22,423 nt of DNA, taken from NCBI GenBank assembly GCA_038999435.1, contig JAVZYR010000010.1, forward strand, positions 1 to 22,423, written 5' to 3'. This document shows, piece by piece, positions 16,257 through 22,423 of the stretch. The number at the start of each line of letters is the position of its first letter. Positions within the stretch are counted from its first letter, which is position 1. This DNA comes from Candidatus Aenigmatarchaeota archaeon. GTDB lineage: Archaea > Aenigmatarchaeota > Aenigmatarchaeia > QMZP01. The notes below the pieces were generated by a model that saw nothing but the letters and a program-made list of their open reading frames with translations, had not been told where the DNA came from and did not search any database. The position numbers and the translations under genes are program-made.

Positions 16257-16675
16257 GTTGTATAAGAGATGCTGAATTAGAGAAAAGGATAAATAATATA
16301 GAAAGAGAAATCCTCCTTGAACAAAAGGCTGATGACAAACTTTTAGAGAAGGCATTCCCTCATGCATGGCAAGGGGCGAAAACAGAATCAAAAGGTATTA
16401 GCTGTCAGTCTGTTAGAAGATATTTTTGGTTTAAACATAATAGCGCACAATGCAAAAGGCCTGCATGCATCGCCTGGCCTGCGCAAGTTAAAGAAAAAAA
16501 GAATGATGGATGGTTTGTTGAATTAAAACCAATCTGCAAGGTTATGTGGGTAAGAACTGATTTGAAACTTAAAACAGGTGATTGGGTAATTGTGCATAGA
16601 CAGGTTGTTGCTGAAAAGGTGAGTAAAGCGGATGCAGATAAGGTAACGAAATTCTTAAAAAGCTTATTTTTATAA
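16220..16675 (+). CDS. DUF6390-like N-terminus fused to a HypC-like domain
   Basis: MDG..LF.RYA, FP.AW, VRRYF..HN, then CIAWPAQV...LKTGDWVIVH...EKVSKADA. Confidence 0.6.
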   Translation: MDGKQLFYRYALSCIRDAELEKRINNIEREILLEQKADDKLLEKAFPHAWQGAKTESKGISCQSVRRYFWFKHNSAQCKRPACIAWPAQVKEKKNDGWFVELKPICKVMWVRTDLKLKTGDWVIVHRQVVAEKVSKADADKVTKFLKSLFL

Positions 16676-16681
16676 CATCTT

Positions 16682-17248
16682 ATGACCTGTGTGATAAATC
16701 TAGAAAAGGATGACATTAGATATATGATTACATGTAACAGGCTTCCAAATTTTCCAAATCCGGAAAGTTATAAAAAGTTTTTGGGATTGAAGGATATCCT
16801 ATACAACAAATACTGGAATGGCGATGTTTACATGGAACTTTCCCATATGAAAAATACATTTCCCATACTTTATGACCTTCTTAATAGAAAGTGTATCAAT
16901 TCAATCACTGGATATTTTGAGAGTTCTGAGAAAGAAAGGATACATCATAATAATGGCTTTGACGATGCATATATTGGAATATTGCAAGCTATGGGATATG
17001 ACAATAGCAAGATCAAAAGCCACATCAATGCATGCACTGTAAAAGCAGGATTGATAAAAAAGGGCTCTGTTACACTCCTTGAGCCATTTGGTGAGGCAAG
17101 TTATCCTGCCTTTTCTAATCCATTCCAAATATCGGGAAAATATGCCATTTTCCATGGTATATGGGATGGGCTGCCCTGTGCCATAAAAGAGATTAAAAAA
17201 TCAGACATCGACAGATTTGACCTAAGAAGTCTCGCATTTGAGCTCTAA
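16682..17248 (+). CDS. Divergent DUF6390-like protein
   Basis: RY...N, FP.LY, I.GYF, IHHN, INAC.V..G, G.Y..FH..W occur in the order expected for DUF6390 (from recollection of the family). Confidence 0.45.
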   Translation: MTCVINLEKDDIRYMITCNRLPNFPNPESYKKFLGLKDILYNKYWNGDVYMELSHMKNTFPILYDLLNRKCINSITGYFESSEKERIHHNNGFDDAYIGILQAMGYDNSKIKSHINACTVKAGLIKKGSVTLLEPFGEASYPAFSNPFQISGKYAIFHGIWDGLPCAIKEIKKSDIDRFDLRSLAFEL

Positions 17249-17652
17249 AGGAATTTTACAACAAAGATTATAAGAATCAATATCATCAAAAATACGCTGA
17301 AAAGCATCTCCTTTGTCCCACCTGTTACAACATTTCCTGTTACCCTTATTCCGAATGGCCAGAATGGTGCTATGCCAACAGGTGTCATGCTATCTATTAT
17401 TAAATGGCTTGCAAACCCTATTAAAAATGCAAGGCAGTATTGCGGATTCAATATAAAAAATGCATATCCTAAAAAGGCCCCTATCCACAGATTGTGAAGA
17501 AGCTTTCTATGAAGGTCTCTGATTTTTATATCAATGTCGGGTAAAAGGGCACCAAACAGGGTAAAGGTAAGTAAAAATGGGTCTATAGGATAGAAAAGCC
17601 ATAGAAAGAGGAAAAGTAAGATTGCAGATGTGATGTGGGTTGGCTTTTTCAT
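17245..17652 (-). CDS. YdjM/DUF457 membrane-bound metal-dependent hydrolase
   Basis: TH, GALLPDID, HR.LLHN, SHLIIDSMTPVG..FWP. Confidence 0.88.
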   Translation of the reverse strand: MKKPTHITSAILLFLFLWLFYPIDPFLLTFTLFGALLPDIDIKIRDLHRKLLHNLWIGAFLGYAFFILNPQYCLAFLIGFASHLIIDSMTPVGIAPFWPFGIRVTGNVVTGGTKEMLFSVFLMILILIIFVVKFL

Positions 17653-17681
17653 ATTAAATCTTGATGATTAAAAAATAAATT

Positions 17682-18812
17682 ATGAACTTGAACATACTTC
17701 TTCTTGGCTTAACGAGTCTGATTACAGATGCAAGCTCTGAGATGATAGCACCGATATTGCCAATGTTTATTGCCAGTTTAGGCGGTTCAGCCCTTGCAAT
17801 TGGTTTGATTGGCGGGCTTGGGGATTGCCTGGCCGCACTGTTGAATGTTTTGTCAGGTTGGTTTTCAGATAAAATAGGGAAGAGGAGGGCAATTGTTGGT
17901 TGGGGTTATGGCCTTTCAGCTATTGCAAAGCTGCTTTATCCTGTTGCATCAAGTTGGGCTTCTATGCTTTTATTGAGGCCTTTGGAAAGGGTTGGAAAGG
18001 GGATAAGGGATGCCCCTCGCGATGCTATAATTGCACGGTCTATGAGGATATCTAAAAGGGGTAAAGGTTTTGGCGTTCATCGAGCCCTCGATACATTAGG
18101 TGCAATCCTTGGCTCTATTCTGGCATTCCTCCTTATCTGGACCTTTGCGCTTGGCTTTCAGCCCATCCTATGGCTTGCTGCTGTTATTGCATTCTTTGCG
18201 CTCATACCTTTGATATGGGTAAAGGATGTGCCAACAAGGCCTGTCTCGTATTCCTTGTTTAAAGGCATAGCAAAGATTCCTACAAAAGCAAAGGCATTTA
18301 TTGCAGTTTCAGGTATATTTGGCCTTGCAAATTTCACATACATGCTATTTATCATAAGGGCCCAGGCTGTCTTTCCTTCACAGTTCTCTATCCTGGGCCC
18401 GATAGGCCTCTATATAATCTTCAATCTCGTATATGCAATGGCATCAATACCTGCTGGTATGCTATCTGATAAATTTGGAAGAAAATACGTAATAGCGCTT
18501 GGTTGGGCAACTTTTGCAATAGTATGTCTTGGTTTTTCTTTTACCAAAAACTTAATACTCTATGCTATCCTCTTTGCATTATATGGCCTTTCATTTGCAT
18601 TTACTGTAGGGAATCAAAGGGCATATGTTGCTGATTTGAGTGCAAATCTCAAGGGAACTGGTCTGGGCCTGTTTCATACAGCCACAGCCTTTGCAACGCT
18701 TATAGGTTCTATCATAGCTGGTGTTTTGTGGCAGGCAATTTCACCAGAATTTGCATTTTTATATGGCTCGGCTTTAGCCATTGTTGCACTGATAGGATTA
18801 GTAAAATGTTAG
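17682..18812 (+). CDS. Major facilitator superfamily transporter
   Basis: About 12 TM; motif A GWFSDKIGKRR and GMLSDKFGRK; ERVGKGIR.APRDA. Confidence 0.93.
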   Translation: MNLNILLLGLTSLITDASSEMIAPILPMFIASLGGSALAIGLIGGLGDCLAALLNVLSGWFSDKIGKRRAIVGWGYGLSAIAKLLYPVASSWASMLLLRPLERVGKGIRDAPRDAIIARSMRISKRGKGFGVHRALDTLGAILGSILAFLLIWTFALGFQPILWLAAVIAFFALIPLIWVKDVPTRPVSYSLFKGIAKIPTKAKAFIAVSGIFGLANFTYMLFIIRAQAVFPSQFSILGPIGLYIIFNLVYAMASIPAGMLSDKFGRKYVIALGWATFAIVCLGFSFTKNLILYAILFALYGLSFAFTVGNQRAYVADLSANLKGTGLGLFHTATAFATLIGSIIAGVLWQAISPEFAFLYGSALAIVALIGLVKC

Positions 18813-21800
18813 CTATCTAATCTTTTTCCTTATTTCTTTTGCCTCTCTGACCCTTGCTGATTTGTTGTTGGATGGCTTTTCTTTCTTTGATTTTATCATC
18901 TTTCTTGCCTTTGCTGCACCAAATACTGCAACAATACCTACGATAAATCCACCTATACCTGCAATACCTGCTGGATTTGCAATTATCAAACCTATCAGGC
19001 CACCGATACCAGGCTGTGCACCTGCTTGACAATCTGCTGAACAGTCTTCGTTAGGTTCACATATACCATCACCACATACAGGACCTATTGAGATGCTTGG
19101 CTGTCCTGTAACATTAGATACATTAGTAACATTCGTTACATTTACTGTAACATTAGATACATTAGTAACATTCGTTACATTAGTTGTTACTGTTCTTATG
19201 TACCATCCACCACCTGCGTAGCCACCATATCCACCTTTTCTATTGACTGTTATGTTTATCTGGGCCCAGGCTGTCTTGTTACTGTTGCTCACATCAAGCC
19301 TTGTTGTGTAGACAGCAGGGGATGTGTATGTGTGACTTATCGTATTTCCATTTGTTGTTGTGTTGCCATCTCCAAAGTTCCATGTGTATGAAGAAGGCGT
19401 CATTCCTGATACTGTTGCTGTGAATGTAACTGTTAGTGGTGCATAGCCAGATGTTGGGCTTGCAGACAGGCTTATGCTTGGTATCTCTGATGGGTTTGTG
19501 ATGTTCATGCCTGTTTCATTTGAACACCAGTTTATGCCACATATTGTTCCATTGATGAGTATGCCATTCTCGATCCATGCATCGTATAGGCTAACATTTG
19601 CAAGGGTTGAATTGATGACCACTGAGTTTGTTGCATTGACATTGGTCAAGTTTGAAACTGTAACATTTGTGTTGATCAGATTTGAATCTGTGATTGTAGA
19701 ATTGTTCACCATCGAATCTATCAAGTTCGAGCCTATTATGTTTGAATTGTTAGTTACATTTGAGTTGCTAAGGTTTGATGCTCTAATATACGCATCAGTT
19801 ACTGATGCATTCACAAGTGTTGAGTCATAAACTTCTGATCTTGTAATATTAGACCAGATTACACGTGAGCCATTGACAGTTGAATTTATGATTCTGAATC
19901 CTCCTTCAAGATAGTTGTTTGTTACATTACTTCTTGAGATGAGCCATGGCCCTGTTATATTCCATGTGTTAGGCTCAGTAACATATGATCCTATTTCTCC
20001 TGGGAACGGTGAGCAAGGTATGTTCTGGTTTATAATTTCTATAACTTTTGTTGGATCATCATAATCAGTTATGATTATACTGCATATGTTTGAATTTTCT
20101 ATCCTAAGAACGCCAACTGGTACCTGTATGTTAACATTTACCAATGTTGAGTTTGTTATGTTTGCCCTGTTTGGATTGCCTGTTATGTTTGAATTGTTTA
20201 TAGCTGGGCAATCTCGTATTATTGTATCATTGATATTGACCAATCCTGCAGTTGAATTGTTTGGATAATAAACACCATCTATCCATGAATTGTATATCCA
20301 TCCTGTGTCTGTTGGTGGGACTGCAGTCACATTTGTTATTGTGCTGACTGTGTCTGTCACGCTTGAATTATCAGCATCTATGGCTGTGACATTGACTGTG
20401 TAAAGACCTGGATTGTTTGCCATAACCGTCAGCGTAATTGTGCCTGTCTGACTTGCATTTAGGGTTATTTGAGATTGGCTAAGCTGTACAGAATCAGCGC
20501 CATTGATATTGTTGAACGTTATGTTATATGTGTTGACAGTACTGCCTGTGTTATTAATGTAAATTGTATAGTTTGCAGATTGACCAGGAACAACTGTTTG
20601 GTTTGTTGGCACTGCCCATATATCAACGCCATATGTTGGTGGAAGGGCTGTGATTTCAATGACTATAGAATCTGTATCTGTAAGGCCACCGCTGTCTGTA
20701 ACAGTGAGAGTGATGTTATGCACACCCACTGGCAATGCAGATGTTGAAAAGCCAACACTTCCATTTACATCTGGTGGGTTGTTGTTCAGCAAACCACTAA
20801 TATTGCTTGTCCAAGTTATTGATAAGTTAGTGTTTGCTGTTTCTGCATCTGTAGCGAGACCTGTGAAATTGATTAAAGTGCCTGAAATATATGATGAACC
20901 AGTTGATGGTGCTGTTATAATTGCATTTGGTGGTGTGTTAGGAACTGTTGTATTTACTGTAAACCAAACTTCAGCAGAGCCGATATTACCAGCGTTATCA
21001 ATTGCATAAACTATGATATTGTGCGTACCATCACCAACGGTTATTGTGGTGTTTGGTGTGAATGTTACATTACTTGCACCATCTAAGCTGTACTGCCATA
21101 TGCTCACTGGCTCATTCGCTGTCACATTTAATGCGATGTTTGAGGTTGTATAGGTTGTATTTTGCGGTGAAATGATATTAACAGTAGGGGCTATAAGGTC
21201 AACTGTTAGTGTTCTCTGAACAGAAGAACCTACAATACCTGCTGTTGTGTTAGCATATACCCTGTATGTATAAGTTCCGCTGACTAGCCCAGATTTTGCT
21301 ATATTGCAACTTACTGATGTTCCTGTACCAACCTTGGTCATGCTCTCGTTAACACCATTCCATTCTATCCAGCATGAATCTATGCTCATTGAAGTATGAG
21401 TAATAGTTGCATTTATTGTGACTGAGTTCTGGTTTGTTATATAACCATCTGCTGGTGTTGGAACAACAAACTGCACAACAGGCGCATTTGTGTCAATTGT
21501 AAACCAAACTTCAGCAGAAGAGCCTAGATTGCCTGAAGTGTCATTTGCCCACACCTTCACATAATGTTGACCATTTGCAAGAGGACCTATGCTTGTATTT
21601 GCACATCCTGGTAGAGTTGTGTTGTTGCCATCAAGTTCATACCAGCAAGTATCAAGATTGGCATCTGTTGCTGTATAATTGAGAAGTATTGTGTCAGTTG
21701 CATATGTTGTGTTCTGTGGTGAAATGATGCTAACAACTGGTGGTGTGACATCATTTATTTGTAAGGTGAAGATATTGCTATCCGTTGCTTCACCATCTGA

Positions 21801-22421
21801 AACTGTTATGTTTATGCTATAGATGCCTGCCTGTGCCTCTATTGGGGTGAAGTTTATTAGACCTGTTGAAGCATTTATATCAAATAGACTTGTGTTGTCT
21901 GACCATACCAGGCTGTCACCATCAATGTCTGTTGCATTGAAGTCGTATGTCCAAGCTGTTCCATCAGCGTTCTTGGTTTGAAGGGATAATATAGGATTGA
22001 TTATTTGTGGGGGTGAGTTTTCAATATCTTTTACAGCTGTTATGTTTCCAGTTGAGAATGCTGTGCCATCGTATGCACCTGCAATCACCAAAACATCATC
22101 ATTTTTATTGCAACCTGCTGATGCTGAGCAATTAAAAATGTCATTTGTTGACCATGTTTGCAGCACAGCACCTGTAGCATTGTTTCTGAATTCATAATAA
22201 TAAGTTATTGTATCGCCTTCCACATCGGTTGAACCTGATGCAGTAGCTACTAGTATTGAGTTTTTGTATGCAGGTGTTGGGGTAATAGTTAAACTTGTTG
22301 GGGCAGTTGGTACATCGTTGACTGGATTGACTGTGATTGTAACAACTGCAGGGCTGCTGTTTGTTTGGCCATCATTTGCAACGTATGTAAAGCTGTCAGT
22401 GCCATTCCAGTTTGCAGCTGG
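18813..22421 (-). CDS. Giant multidomain surface adhesin/glycoprotein (5'-truncated by the window edge)
   Basis: Frame stays open upstream of 22223 (PAANWNGTDSFTYVANDG...VNPVNDVP, tandem-95/Big_9-like). It continues with cadherin-like, Ig-like, PKD (WNFGDG), Asn/Ser-rich beta-helix-like, NVT array, CGDGICE, TM and a basic tail. Confidence 0.9.
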   Translation of the reverse strand, partial: PAANWNGTDSFTYVANDGQTNSSPAVVTITVNPVNDVPTAPTSLTITPTPAYKNSILVATASGSTDVEGDTITYYYEFRNNATGAVLQTWSTNDIFNCSASAGCNKNDDVLVIAGAYDGTAFSTGNITAVKDIENSPPQIINPILSLQTKNADGTAWTYDFNATDIDGDSLVWSDNTSLFDINASTGLINFTPIEAQAGIYSINITVSDGEATDSNIFTLQINDVTPPVVSIISPQNTTYATDTILLNYTATDANLDTCWYELDGNNTTLPGCANTSIGPLANGQHYVKVWANDTSGNLGSSAEVWFTIDTNAPVVQFVVPTPADGYITNQNSVTINATITHTSMSIDSCWIEWNGVNESMTKVGTGTSVSCNIAKSGLVSGTYTYRVYANTTAGIVGSSVQRTLTVDLIAPTVNIISPQNTTYTTSNIALNVTANEPVSIWQYSLDGASNVTFTPNTTITVGDGTHNIIVYAIDNAGNIGSAEVWFTVNTTVPNTPPNAIITAPSTGSSYISGTLINFTGLATDAETANTNLSITWTSNISGLLNNNPPDVNGSVGFSTSALPVGVHNITLTVTDSGGLTDTDSIVIEITALPPTYGVDIWAVPTNQTVVPGQSANYTIYINNTGSTVNTYNITFNNINGADSVQLSQSQITLNASQTGTITLTVMANNPGLYTVNVTAIDADNSSVTDTVSTITNVTAVPPTDTGWIYNSWIDGVYYPNNSTAGLVNINDTIIRDCPAINNSNITGNPNRANITNSTLVNVNIQVPVGVLRIENSNICSIIITDYDDPTKVIEIINQNIPCSPFPGEIGSYVTEPNTWNITGPWLISRSNVTNNYLEGGFRIINSTVNGSRVIWSNITRSEVYDSTLVNASVTDAYIRASNLSNSNVTNNSNIIGSNLIDSMVNNSTITDSNLINTNVTVSNLTNVNATNSVVINSTLANVSLYDAWIENGILINGTICGINWCSNETGMNITNPSEIPSISLSASPTSGYAPLTVTFTATVSGMTPSSYTWNFGDGNTTTNGNTISHTYTSPAVYTTRLDVSNSNKTAWAQINITVNRKGGYGGYAGGGWYIRTVTTNVTNVTNVSNVTVNVTNVTNVSNVTGQPSISIGPVCGDGICEPNEDCSADCQAGAQPGIGGLIGLIIANPAGIAGIGGFIVGIVAVFGAAKARKMIKSKKEKPSNNKSARVREAKEIRKKIR
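19106..19181. repeat. Exact 37-bp direct repeat x2 (period 39) encoding NVTNVTNVSNVT
   Basis: ctgtaacattagatacattagtaacattcgttacatt at 19106-19142 and 19145-19181. Confidence 0.95.
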
Positions 22422-22423
22422 TG

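Noticed and set aside
16038..16675. Gene symbol hypC or a hydrogenase maturation operon
   Set aside because: No N-terminal Cys2 and no hypD/E/F or hydrogenase in the window
19106..19181. 37-bp repeat as a CRISPR array
   Set aside because: Only two copies 2 bp apart, in frame within a CDS, and no cas genes
590..22197. Many short antisense or alternate-frame ORFs in the track (e.g. 590-883, 4919-5305, 16405-16716, 19474-19830, 20650-21009)
   Set aside because: They are shadows of well-supported genes and carry no motifs

Overview
AT-rich archaeal chromosomal segment. Archaeal origin is shown by Rpo10/RpoN, tetraether synthase and TATA-type promoters; a DPANN-like lineage is inferred from the surface proteins and the DsbA-like/lipoprotein families. 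There is no rRNA, tRNA, CRISPR array or transposase. About 27 CDS are supported: a Zn-ribbon protein, Zot-like ATPase, rSAM/SPASM enzyme, LysM-like membrane protein, type-1 IDI, Tes, two DUF4406-like paralogs, PiT plus DUF47, RpoN, DsbA-like protein plus lipoprotein plus ferredoxin, PheA, PdaD, a UbiA prenyltransferase, a HypC/DUF6390-like trio, YdjM, an MFS transporter and two large Ig-like surface glycoproteins (the second runs off the window). Two signals are missing from the ORF track. (1) A 14-codon Phe-rich leader ORF (MVQKYNQKFVFSFF) sits behind a TATA box upstream of pheA, and its Phe codons can pair with the pheA Shine-Dalgarno region in a long RNA rod, making a candidate pheL-like attenuator in an archaeon. 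(2) A roughly 235-nt promoter-bearing two-hairpin candidate ncRNA lies at 238-473. All family assignments come from motifs read by eye and all RNA pairings were traced by hand; none were computed.
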